A DNA stretch of 63,907 bases, counting the filler, from Octopus bimaculoides (lineage: Eukaryota): NCBI RefSeq assembly GCF_001194135.2. It is 5 parts of 5 records of this genome, joined end to end, with 100 filler letters (N's around TTAATTAATTAA, not from the genome) between each part and the next. Parts side by side here need not be neighbours in the genome. Positions count along the whole stretch, not along the records: positions 14,362 to 40,713 come from NC_068988.1; 4 more parts are not named here. One strand, given 5' to 3'. The notes beneath the pieces were generated by a model. That model saw nothing but the letters and a program-made list of their open reading frames with translations. It was not told the origin of the DNA and ran no database searches. This document shows positions 22,380-35,286 of the stretch, one piece after another. Positions within the stretch are counted from its first letter, which is position 1. Every line of letters begins with the position of its first letter. A program made the position numbers and the translations under genes.

Positions 22380-24185
22380 TAAAAATATTTTGCATATTTT
22401 AAAGAAAATGTTGAGGATCAAGACAAATCTTGGGCCCCTCGCAAGGTGTGCAAGCAGTGTGTCAAGAGGTTACGCACGTAGAGCAAGAGAACATGTGATA
22501 GGTTGGCATTTGGTATACGTATGGTTTGGTGACAGTCGAAAGACTACTGAACAGACGGCTACTTTCGTTTAGTAAAAACGTCAGGATATAACAAGAGAAA
22601 GAAATCTAAAATCGAGTATCCTAATCTGTTACAAATTACACTTCCAGTGCCTCATTCAGTTGAAACCCCATGGCCAGCTTTCCTTCAGATGTCATCTCTT
22701 GAAGATCTGGATCATGATGAGGAACTCGGAGCGACGAAAGATGCAGATTTTGAATTTGAAAATCACTCAGCTAGAACTTGAAAATCACTCAGTATGAGGT
22801 GAATGATTTGGCAAAAGAGTTGTAACAATTAACAACGCTTCAGAACTCCCGTCATTAGGAGTGAATGAGAAGAACCTGCTTGAAAAAGAAGCAAAGCTAT
22901 CCTATTTTCGATCCAGAGAAGGTGCATTTCTGCAGTACTTTCCAAGTGATAGTAGGGTTGTGTGTTTGTGTAACATGCAAGTTTTACTGGAGGAATTGGG
23001 AATTCCAATCTACAACTCAAGTTAATGGCAACTATTTGTTGATAGCTGAAGCAGGGCTTAAAGTGGGACCTCCAAAATGGCAGTCTGTATGGTGCAGTAC
23101 CAAGTGGCATTCAGGTTGTCTTCGTAAAAAATATGCAATATCACAAACGCTATTAGATCGGCTGTATTGACCTGATATCGGTTTGCTTCCTTCTTGGTCG
23201 GGAGAGCGGATACCCTGCGCATGTTGGGTAGCATAGCTCGAAATAAGCATTGGATGGAGCGGCTTTGGCCTCCAGGTTTCTGGCCTCAAGCCTGATGATG
23301 CTATCAGTCTATATGAGACACTATGTGACATAAATAGATCATATGTGACCTCTGCTTATGAAGCTGTGTCTCATGGAATAGTTACTTAAAGCATTGTCAA
23401 ATGAAAGCGATCGTCTCATGTTCCAGATTCTGCCATTGTCAAGTAAGACAAAACAAGACCGGCTTGTTTGATGGCTCACAAATTCGGCAGCTTATCAGAG
23501 AAGAATACTTCATCTGGACTTTATCATATCGCCAAAATAATGCTTAATTCTCATCCAAAGACTATTACAAGTGCTTTCTTGGAAATACACAAGTAAAGAA
23601 TTATACCGAAATTGTCCAGAAAAAATTGTCAAGTTGTAAAATGCTCGGATGCAACATAAACAGTAGATTTCATATTCTCCACAACTATCTTGTTGACTTC
23701 CCGTTAAAGCTTGGTGAGGTCAGCGATGAACAAGGTCGACGATTCCAACAAAATTTGAATGTCAATGAAGAGGGATGTAGATGGGATGTAAATTTGAGGG
23801 TTGAATATTGGTGGAGCATAAAGCAAAATTATTGACAGACTGAACATTTCAGGGTAAGCAATAAATGTAAATTTTTATCTTAACTTCTTGTACACAATTT
23901 GACTTACAGTAACAAAATCCTTTGTATGGACAAAATAAATTCTCACATGCTTTAAAGTCAAACAATATTCTGTTATTTTCCATTGTACGTAAATTCTTAA
24001 GACTTTCTATAAAACAAGCACGAATTTGTTAGATGCAGTATGTTTTTGAGACATCGTGACGATATCCTTTAGCTCAAAACATTGTGGTAGTACAGAAACA
24101 TAGGGATCATATTAGGATTAAGAGGCCAAAAATTAGTCCAAAACGATTGTCAAATCTAATTCAGCGAAGATTCTGTCCCTCAGTG
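22380..24185 (+). mobile_element. Chapaev3-like (CMC superfamily) DNA transposon pseudogene
   Basis: DQDKSWAPRKVCKQC..MVW..DGYF..YPNL..PVPHS zinc-finger region; WQLFVDS; GLFDGSQIRQL; FLGN; LGCN..H..GEVSDEQGRRFQQ..YWWSIK; 3' end ATTCAGCGAAGATTCTGTCCCTCAGTG (CAC-type terminus); many stops and frameshifts. Confidence 0.8.
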
Positions 24186-24794
24186 TTATTAAGAAGTTGA
24201 AATCAGCATTAAACAACAGAAAACAACAATAGGAAATAGAGTGGGTATTATAGCAGTTCCATTCTGCGTTAAAGATTTATTTATCTTTATCTCACCTCCT
24301 ATTTCTCCACGCATGGAGAAATGTAGAGACCTCATAAATCAGTAGATCTAACACCGAGATATCAAAGAAACAGAATATAAAACCTCAACTGTTGTTTCGT
24401 TTTCACTATTGTGGTTCATTTTTCTTTTTGTATACACGCAACGTGTGAGCAACGTATATTCTAAGCGGTAAGAAAGTTATACAACGCATTACTGATATTT
24501 TGTAGCTTTGCACTATCAAATATCTACATATTGCTTCGAATGACCACTGTAAACTCGATCGTGTCCATAAATAATACAGAATACTCTAAGTATATATTCC
24601 ATCTACAGCCTTAATTTTATTTTAAAATGTCTTTCTTATTTTCTGAACTCACGCAGACGCATACACATTTTTCTGCATATGTTTGTGTATGAGTGTGTTT
24701 ATTGTGTATATATACACATTTCGAAGTACATACATGCACATTCATTCTCTTACCTTTCACATTTCTTCTTTATTAAGTACTTTATAGATGGTAG

Positions 24795-24821
24795 ACTTAC
24801 CTGCAATAGAAAGAACAAGAC
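24795..24821 (-). promoter_or_regulatory. Juxtaposed 3'/5' splice motif (polypyrimidine-CAG|GTAAGT), candidate recursive splice site
   Basis: Minus strand GTCTTGTTCTTTCTATTGCAG|GTAAGT. Confidence 0.3.
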
Positions 24822-25259
24822 GTAAGTAATTATTATCGACAGTGGACGTGATTTTTCGAAAACAAGAATTGTTGAAATGCATTAAAATTAGAATATTGGA
24901 GAATATTTCAATATATTAACGAGATCATTGAATTGAATTCGTAAGACCGTGAATATTTAATTAACAGAACACAGTTCGTAATTAACCTACGCTATATCAC
25001 CATATTCACTTCATTGGAAGTTTGAAGCATCATTATATGTTGGTAATTTCATGCGCAAAGATACATATACTGGAGATTTACATACGCACAGACATACACT
25101 TTAAATGAAAATAAAATTATGAGTATGTAACATAATCACAACTATGAATTAATTTTAATTCCTTGGCTTTATCACACGTGTAGCATCTAATGATTAACGT
25201 TCATACATATTTATATGCATACATACACAATGCATACGTTATATGTATGTACATGTTCA

Positions 25260-25335
<76 letters not shown>

Positions 25336-26040
25336 CAAATAAGACAGATGCAAAGTAAGTGGCACAATAATTTAAAATGCATTATAGTCTAAGAAAATCT
25401 TCACAAACTGTTACTGAGGGTTTTACACCACCGTTTGTCAGACTTACAATATTACTGAGTACTAAATTATGAGTGTATATATAATATAATATGATATAAT
25501 ATAATATAATATAGTATAATATAGTACTCATATTTCAACGAATAAGCATTTCAAAATGATTGGAGAAATGATTTCAAAGTATATAACGATGTAAGGTTGG
25601 TTACCAGCAGGGTTAACTTTGTGGAGGAATAAAATATTAATAATAATTAAGAATAACTAAAAAAATAAGAACTCATTCAAAAGTGAGAATTGCAAAAGTT
25701 AAAAGGAATACAAAAATGTGCTAAAGTTTAAAATTGAAATTAGATTTGAAAATTAAAGCTTCAAAGATTTAGATGGGAAGAATATAAGTGAAAAAATAGA
25801 AATAAAGCAAAAGAATGGAAAAAGACCAAGACTTTTTCCTGGTTTTAGAAAATAGTATATATATATATATATATATAATATTATTATTATTAGGAATAAA
25901 AATCCAAATTTATAGGTAAAAACTCAATTAAATTCAATTTACTATAAATTAAAACTAAATGAAGCTTCACAGTATAAAATATAAATTTATTAATATATAA
26001 AATCAATATATTAATAGCCGATTTAGTTAGAATAATGAAA

Positions 26041-26794
26041 AACATATCCACCCTGTGCAGTCCATGGCAGAGGCAAATACATATTCAAGACTTCATGCAT
26101 CGCATGCAGTTTTCGGGATACAGCCAGAAAGATAGAATCCGAGTATAGAGAGTAGCTAACAAGAAATTTGAGGAGATTGTTGTCAAAGATACAGATGGAA
26201 CACAACCTAGATACCGTAACAAACAGTGGAATAGATTACAAAGATTTAGTGACAAAACAAACAGAAAGAGCACGTCGTACAATACCGACAAGTTCCAGGG
26301 AGTTATTTTTTGTGGACACCACGCTACACGGAGAACTGGCCCGCAGATTTCGAAACATCCTCAAAAGTACCAAGTTGAGGATAAATGTTATAGAAAAACC
26401 AGGGAGACCCATTAGATCAATAATATGTAAAACATATCCCTTCAGAAGAACAAGGTGTGTTGAGGAGAGTTGCATTGTGTGCAAATATAGTCCTGGTGCC
26501 AACTGCAAAGCCAGAAATGTGGTCTACAAAATAAGCTGTATGGATGGTGAGTGTAAAAACAGAAGCACGACATACATAGGTGAAACGGCAAGAAGTTTGG
26601 CTGAGCGTGTAAACGTACATTGGAGGGACTATAATAATAAAAAACAAACCTCGGTGCTCTATCAGCATGCCAAATAACAACATGGTGATGTACTGGACAG
26701 AATTAGCATAGAAATCCTGTCATCGCTGCGGCAAATACAGGAGTCGGTCCTCATAACTGAAACGCAACCAATTTTGAACACCAAATACACGTAG
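26041..26794 (+). mobile_element. Penelope-like element (Neptune-type) thumb/linker/GIY-YIG remnant
   Basis: FMHRMQFSGYS..PRYRNKQW; FVDTTLHGELARR..VIEKPG..C..C..C..CKARNVVYKISC..C...TYIGETARSLAERVNVH..LYQH; frameshift and stops. Confidence 0.9.
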
Positions 26795-27104
26795 ATGTGG
26801 CCCTTACAATTGCCCATGGTTGCATGTGTTGTTCACACATTTGATGCGCAAAACGAACATAAATAAATTAATTAAAAAGTCTCTATCTGATCTGATATAA
26901 ACGAAATTGTTACAAACAGACATATGGACGCACATACTTACATCTAAGCACGAACACATAAGTGCGTGCACACATATGAGCGTGCACACATACGAGCTTG
27001 CACACACTCACATGCTCATACCGAACAGTTTTAAAAACAACGCCGAAACAGCGCCAAAACAACGCCAGATCATACTTTGAAAATAAATGGAAGTGGAGAG
27101 ACAA

Positions 27105-27145
27105 GTTACTGAAGAGATTGCAAGAGTGCAATGAAATAATTTAAC
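27105..27145 (+). ncRNA. Near-intact minimal hammerhead motif in a PLE 3' pLTR
   Basis: GTTA-CTGAAGA-G ATTGCA AGAG TGCAAT-GAAA-TAA-TT-TAAC; lacks the C that should pair with G10.1; ~310 nt downstream of the PLE ORF. Confidence 0.5.
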
Positions 27146-29561
27146 AAAAAACTATATAAATTAATAAAGGACTGAACCAGTGCGTGTGTTTATTACCGGC
27201 ATAATGCCTCTCCCAAGGTTTAATTGTATAAATATATAGTTTTATGGAAAAGAACCAAGGTTCATGAACTCATCGATGAAAATCCACTGTCACATATAGA
27301 CAAATTAATAAGTAAAAGCACAATAACTAAGTATAATATATCATAAGATAATGATAATAAAACGACTATACGTGTTTCATAACCAATTTTCAAAGAGAAA
27401 TATTTAAATATTTTAAATATTTAAATCGATTAAAACTATCGAAAATCAATTCTATTAAAAAAATATAGTTAATCTTCAAGTAAAAATACAACAATAATAA
27501 AAAAAGAATTTATATATCAACCAAAAATAAATAACGAATGAATGTATATAAAATACTTATATTAAGATAGAAAAATATTATTAAAAATATCAAAATCATA
27601 AACGTTCCATAATTAACTTTACGTTTATTATAATATAAGCTAACAGGAATATTATATGCAAAAAACAATTTTAACAAATCTTTCGTTTAAAGTACAATTT
27701 GAACGAAGTTTTAGGTTGACATAGTAAAGATAGAAGTAGCACTATGTAAATATATACTATTTATTTATTTACGCACCCACACGCTCACGCACACGCACAC
27801 ACACGTATAATCAGTAATGTGCATGGATATATATTCAATAATATATGGACATGTGAATATAATGCAAACATTAGAATTATTGAAAATATATTATAATATT
27901 GTTTAATGAATGTGGATCAATATCACATTATTTTTTAAAAAATAAACTAATATATTTTATATAGTGCCCTACGTTACTGCTATGTCGTTACTTATGAAAA
28001 TCATAATGCAAGATCAGATCTTCCCATTATAATTATTTTTGACGTTACAAACCGCTATTATTTTCACTGCATATTGAATCTGCCAGCCTCGAAATGGTAT
28101 GTAGAAAATTAGAAGTCGGTGACTTTGCTTTTAACTATCTGCTACAAAGATACCTCCCTTTTCTTGGTGATTGTCTTCGCAGTGGAAATATTGCTTCTAT
28201 ATTTCAGTGAAATCTTAAATAGTAATATGGAAAGAATTGCAAAGGCAAATACGATTATGATTGAAGAGCTTACCTTGCTTTCATTATGAGTGGACTTTGT
28301 TATATTAGCATTAGGTCAGGCTGACAGGGGCATAGAAGCTATTACCATAGGAATGACATAGGCTGAATATTTAAAGTTTTATGGAGCAGTTTTACTTTGG
28401 ATGCGCTCACTACATATATCTGAGGATGAGCATTTCTGCTTCCATGGCAACTGTAGAGTTTCCTGCTCATAATGTGATTGTTGTGTTAATGCGAACTAGA
28501 AAAAGCTGGATGACATAAATATACATATAAAAGATAACATTTAATAGCTCACATTTGGCCGTTGGCGTGGGATTATGTGTTACACTGTATATGTGTGTGA
28601 ATGTATATATGTGTGTAGACACTTAGAAAAGTTCGGAAGGAAGCACTACTTTAGTATCAGAACCTTGCTAAATAGGCACCATATTCATGCAATGCCTACC
28701 ATTTATCAGGTGAGAAAATAATAGCAACAGGTACTTCTGTAAATGATATTGTTAGTAGCTTATTGTACTTCACCGACATAATGGCATCGTCATTATACCC
28801 TTGATCCCAGTAAGTCTATTTTTACTCAATTCCTTTAGCAGTTCTGCCGAACTAGACTCAGAGACTCTCAACAGTCTTCAGTAGTATCTACAACACCTTG
28901 TTGATACTCAAACTCACAATTTATATACTTTGAATATAACCTAAAATATATTGAATAATGTTTTGCTATTTACATATTTCATTTTCGATGTCGGGATGAA
29001 AGTATGTATTTATGTTACCGACTTGCAGGACTGATTCACGTTTCACCACGCGGTATATTGCGAAGCTACATTACTGAACTTGACTAATGCATTGTTTAGT
29101 TAAGTGGTCCAAATAGCAGAGTGTAAACTGTCACTTAATTACAAGTTATATTTAAAAATTATTTAAGGGCTCCTAGATCTCTTATAGGCTGCAGAGAGAT
29201 ACACCGCATTTTGCACCAAGTAATTTGTTTCTGATCATTACTATAAAACTTCTACACATGGACGGACATACAGAACGGTTACATATTGAATAAGAGGTTA
29301 CCTAAAGTTGAAGTGATTCTAATTAAAGCACTTGAAACGGTTCACTTGCATTGACCTTCGGATTTTTTCTTTATAGACTAACTAATTGAATTATATTGCA
29401 ATAAGATGAAACGATACCCACAACGCCTTGTGAGTCGTGTGTACATATAGATATATATGTATGCATGTGTGTAAGCATGTGTGTATATATATATATATAT
29501 GTGCACTCACATATATGTACATATACACGTGTAAGTGCGTGGGTGTGTAGTTTGTGTGCAT

Positions 29562-30446
29562 TATTGTGTTGAGTCAAAATTTTGCAGTATTGTTATAATT
29601 CATTTGCTATATTCGTCAGGTTACGACAAAAGTAGCCTAGCATTCAAAGTAGAAGCCATTGTTTTGCACCGTCTGAAGCCTCCCTTCTGCCAGTTCTTTG
29701 ATCCCGCGCTGACTCAGTTCTTAACTTTCAAGGCTGAGAATTTCTTCACTGAATCTTCCACTTACTCTTGGTTGATGAAGCGTCGCGTGCGCAAGACGTG
29801 AGCCATAGATCGGATCAAGTAATAATCTGAGGAGTATATTTTCTGCAATCCTAATAATGTGCACAAGCAGTGGTTAAACAAGTGCCAGCATCCGGCACCT
29901 ATCGCCAAACACGAACGTCTCAAACAGAAAGATGTTCTACGCCTACTGGAGCTATGAGGGGATATAATTCGCTAAAATTTCATTCCGGACAGTCCGAACA
30001 TCGATGCCAGTCTGTACTCCGAACAGCTGAAGCAGATGTACGCCATTGTGCGGCAAATATATCTGGTTTTCGTTTACAAAAAGCGAGCTCTTCTGCAGCA
30101 AACAATAAAACGACCCTGAATAAACTCTAGAAATTTGAGGAAATCGAAATGATGCCATACACAGCATTTATCCCAGACCTAACTCCCTTCGGTTTTTATT
30201 TGTTCCGACCTATTATATTTGTTCCTACGATTACGATTTTCATCAGCTAAGTGGAAGCTTCAGTGAAGAAGTTCTTCACCTCGAAGGAATAGAATTGGTA
30301 TGGGAGTGAGATCAAAGAACTGGCAGAAAGGTGGATTTAGAAGGTGCAACACCATGGCCAATAATTCAAATTAACAACTTAATTGGTTTTATCATAACTT
30401 GTCGAATGAAGCAAAATGATCGCAAAACATTTGACTCAAGTTAATA
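29562..30446 (+). mobile_element. Mariner (DD34D-type) derivative with 3' end duplicated in inverted orientation at the left side
   Basis: TA-flanked TIRs TTGTGTTGAGTCAAAATTTTGC / GCAAAACATTTGACTCAAGTTAA; KQWL..K..IDASLYSEQL..PDLTPFGFYLFR on +; 29600-29815 is an inverted copy of the C-terminal coding part. Confidence 0.8.
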
Positions 30447-31329
30447 TTTCATAGAAAGCACAGCTTCTCCATTAGCCATGAGATGGATATATTAGTAGTA
30501 TCAGAAATACATTTAGAAAACCTGTCTGTCTTTATTGAAGCTATTATAAGTTACTATAAAACCTCTAATTAAATTATTAATAAAGTTTTCATTACTATTT
30601 TCATCATATATTTCATTCTGTCTTTTAATTAATTTTGAGAAAAAAGTAAAAGAAGTATAAAACAAATAAGGTGTTGAATGGTTATAGACTACATCGGAAA
30701 CATAAACGGAAGTAAATAGGAAATTCTCTTTTAGATTTAATAATAATGACACAGACTAAAACAAAATAGGTATGCAAAAGAATTTAATAAGCAATTATTG
30801 GCGTATGTTTCTTTCAGTATTTAATAATCTTACAATCCTCCACCGATTATTCATCGTGGCTTTCTACAAACTTGTAATAATAACGGTTTTAAATCAACGA
30901 GCAGACAAAATATTCGTGTCATATGCTTTCTATTTATAATTACCTACCATGAAAAACTACAGGAAATTAATTTTCCCCTCTCCCGAGTCCATGGTGTTTA
31001 AAATATCAGCGGCTCGATATTTCGGGTACATCGTTATGAATTATAAATGCTTACACCATTATGCATTTACACAAAATATATGTTCTTCACATCTGACAAA
31101 CTGACGTTAAGTTGTGTTTCATCGTTCAAAACACGTAAGTCAATCCAGCCACACTAATCCTGACTTCTTAAGACTAATATACCCCATACAGCTGTCACTA
31201 ACCACCATGCTGCGGACCGATCCTGAGCCATGGATCAATTGGTACAGGCTGCTCGGAAAGAATAAATTATATTTCTATTTTATTGAGCATAACAATTACT
31301 ATTGTAGTTGAGAAACATTGAGCTGGCAC

Positions 31330-31810
31330 GGAGGACATGAAACCATTTGAAATTTTGATACCTGTATCGTGTTGATTCGCGCCGAATATCAAAATTTCAA
31401 CATCATGACTGCAGCTTAATGCTTTGTGAAGAATGCAGACACCGTAAGATGTGATACTGACATCATGAATCCAACGTCCCTCAAACGATGACAATTGTTT
31501 GGTATTTTCACTGAGGGTGATGTCATGCCACCCACAATTTTGAACAATTCAGAAACTTATGTGAAAGTGCTGTAGATTGTTGTCAGAATCTGGCTGTTGC
31601 AGGAAGGCTATATGAGTGGCAGCAGGATTCGACCCTTCACCATACCTCCGGAAAGACTCAGAAATGTTTGTCGGAGAATTTCTACAACCTCATCAGCCGC
31701 GATTGCTGGCCTTCTAATTCTCCCGATTGTAATCCCAAGGATTTCTATATGGGGGATGCGGTTGAGAAAGACACCAACCGTTCTGCTTATAACATTAAGT
31801 AGGAATGGCA
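31330..31810 (+). mobile_element. maT/DD37D (Tc1-mariner) internally deleted remnant
   Basis: IVLIRAE N-terminus; GDVMPP..ETYVKVL..AGRLYEWQQDSTLHHTSGKTQKCLSENF..WPSNSPDCNPKDFY..AVEKDTNR. Confidence 0.8.
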
Positions 31811-32853
31811 ACCCTCTTTGACCATTTCTCTAGGACTCTGTGATAGGGTAGGAAAGAAGTGCTGGATTACATGTACTACAATATTCAAAGCAGGTTCTTC
31901 CAGAAGGCTTCTGCATAATTACTATCAACCGGATTACACTCCTGAGAATAAGCTAAAAGCAAGTTGATCAGCGTTGTGGGCCTTGGCAACTAACCCTAGA
32001 CTATGTAGTTTCGAAGAAAACAGTCTTTTTATCGTAAATCTAAAGTTGCGACCTTTGCTTGCAAAGCATATAATGTTTATTTTCCGTGCTAAACTAACTG
32101 TAAATAAAATATTCATTGTTATATTATTTCTTCTAACGTATCTTTCGTTTTCTTTTCCAGAATAAATTTGATAGAATTTTACAGCTGCCATTTCTCTTTC
32201 AATTAATCAAAGAAACATGAATTTAAATGAACCATATCGTTAACTTTATGTGATCATATTCATTTAACCATGATTACTGGATAAATATATATTCTCGGTT
32301 ATTTCTATTACGAGGTATTTATGATGCAATTTAAAAGAAATTAAAATATATAATGGCGAAGATATTTTAGATATTCAAATATATGGAGATATATATGTAA
32401 TACACTGAACGAATACATTCTATCCATAAACAAGAATGTACTGAACAGATTTGCAAGTACCTTATGATTCTACTTGTTAAAAACAATTTTCTTTTATAGA
32501 ATCGTAACATAAACGTAATTAAAGATGGAAGTGCGTGGAACACAAGTTTTCGAAAATAACATACATGAACAGTATCCTGGATACTGCATGTTTATTTTGA
32601 AAAGTATGTATTGTACGCGAAAATTTGAAGACATCTCTGAGATAATTTCTGTTTAACATTGTATTTTATTTCAAACATTTGATATTGCGAAGGGAGTAAA
32701 TGCTCACTTGGGTAGGAGGCTAGGAGACATCATCGTATCACGCTATAGACTTTTTTATGAATTTTCGTGTATTATTTTTCGATTTAGGTCAAGAAGTATA
32801 TCAATAATCTTAACTATGGACCGAAATCAAAGACAACTTATCTTCTGCTACTG

Positions 32854-33066
32854 AAGGCGGAGAGTTGGTAGAACAGTTATTACGCCGGACAAAATACTTA
32901 GCGGCATTTCGTTTACTTTACGTTCTGAGGTCAAATGCTGGCAAGATCGACTTTGCTTTTCATCCTTCCTCTCATGGTCGATTAAATAAATATCAGTTGA
33001 AAACTTGGGTGGGCGTTATTGACTTACCCATTCCAGAATTGCTGGCCCTGCCTCAACATTTGAAAT
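32854..33066 (+). mobile_element. SINE family 2
   Basis: AAGGCGGAGAGTTGGTAGAA head, TTTTCATCCTT core, GCTGGCCCTG..ATTTGAAAT tail. Confidence 0.75.
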
Positions 33067-35286
33067 ATTATTCTGCTACTGTACACCTACATGGGTAACG
33101 TTTTAACATATTTTAATACGCTGTGTTCCATTCTTATTTGCTTAACAGAGAAAAGTTCATATGGCCAGCTTGAATTCACTGTCCCATTCAACGAAGGCTT
33201 GTCATTGCCACAGTAAAATGTCTGGTGCCAAAAAACATTCATTCTTTGTATAGCTTTTTATATCTTTAGAGCCATGCGTAGTAAAAAGTAATATGTGAAA
33301 AACTTAGATGAAAAAATTAATATAGTTTTTAAATATATTCCTTTCAGGAAATTGCAATCTCCCATCTTTTCCTAAAACTTCTTGTGATTGTGAGACCTAG
33401 AAATATATTTTGAGGCACTTTCAGATTTACCGCAAATTACATTAGTTTTCCTAGCCACCTATCGAATAACGTTCAGTAGTCTTTATTGGCCATAATAATT
33501 TAACTTGATAAATAATCATATTTATCATTGTCGACAATCTCTGATACAGATGCATCCTATTATAAGTAAAAATAAAGCATTAAAAATATATTTATAATTG
33601 AACACTTCTCTAGAACTCTACACAGGTCTTCTATACTGTAACATCTTGAAATACTAAAATGATATATTACCAATTGAATATGATAATTGGTAATATAATA
33701 AATTAGCAATATTCAAAAGCACATGAGTAATTTCAGGACATTCTCATTGATTTTTTCCCGCTCTTGGCCCGATTCCGGCATACACACACACACACACACA
33801 CACATACACACACACACATACACGCACACGTGCGCGCGCGTAATAAGGTAAAAGAAAGAAACAAATAACATTAGAACGTACAAGACAGGCAAGAACAAAC
33901 AAACAGCTGGATAGAAATGACCCGGTATTACTTTGTCTCTCTCATTTAAGATTGTACGTATGTGTACTAGCATGTCTGTTTCTGTAATTGGGTGTGTATG
34001 ATATATATATCTAAACGAACGCGTGTGTGTGTGTTTGTGCGTGCGCGTGCGCCCCAGAATGTATTTATACACGTATGGATGCTTGTATATGTCTTATATA
34101 TAAACGCCTATGAAATTGCGTTCAAAGTACGAACCTATGGTAGAGCATACGAACTGAAAAATCACGCCCAGTGGGATCTAACACAGCTATACAAGTTTTC
34201 GAAGCAAACTTCGCCATGTAGACATATCTGCGTTTAAAGAAATATATTCACATATCTGGGCACTTGCTACAGAAGGAGCGCACATACACACTCACCAACG
34301 CACTGATACACACGTACACACACACACGCACACACACACACACAGACATATGAGAGTTTGCGATATATATAAAATTATTCTCAGTATATATAGTATTCTG
34401 ACGGGAATAAGTATAATTTTATTATTATCCACAGTCAGGTAGATACGCTGAGATATAATATCATCTAAACGAATTTACAATTATATTGGAAAGTATTTCA
34501 ATGTTATATTAGTAGAATATACAAATATTTCTGTCCGGTAATATTGAGTTTATATATCCCTTGGTGAAACCATAGAAATTGTAATTTTACAAATGGTATT
34601 AAATTGTTTGAATTCGTTTATGCACTTAGCAATATTTTTTCAATTTGTATATCTGAGAACTTTAAAAGAACTTTAACGTGCTACAAATAACCGCCAAATG
34701 CCGTTTAAATTACATACTACCACCGCAGAAAAGACTATAGGAGATGATGCGACAGCCTTGGGTTATATTTGGTAAAACGACCGAATTGTAATGTCAAGAA
34801 TGCTTTTGAAACTACAAATGCTCGTTAAGGGTTGAACTCGGTTGAAAAAAAACATTAAATTCTATTTGGATAATTTAGGTAAAGTGTGGCCTACTAAATA
34901 CAAAACATTCAAATTTTTAAATAAAAATGCCCCTTGCACTTGGAAAGAAAAAAGGAAGCAAACAACAACGTAGCGGTAATTGTTCGCAATTTTTAAAGCC
35001 ACGGGCAGATCAGTAAAATAATTTTAGGAGTCCATTTCGCTTATTAACTTAGACACACTTAGAGGAAGCCTTCAATATTTTGCATCCAAGGGTTATTTTC
35101 TTTAAACCGAATATTAATATCCTATTAGTTTAGCTCCTTTCTGTTTCACGTTCCACTGTTATTTCGTCTCACGAAGTTTCAACATTTCTTGCGATATATG
35201 TATGTGTGTACGTATTTATGTATGTATGTATGTAGGTAGGTAGGTAGGTAGATAGGTAGGTAGGTATGTAAGTACGTATGTATGTT

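Noticed and set aside
28270-28390. Minus-strand AAG|GTAAGC donor suggesting an exon
   Set aside because: All three frames from the nearby acceptors hit stop codons.
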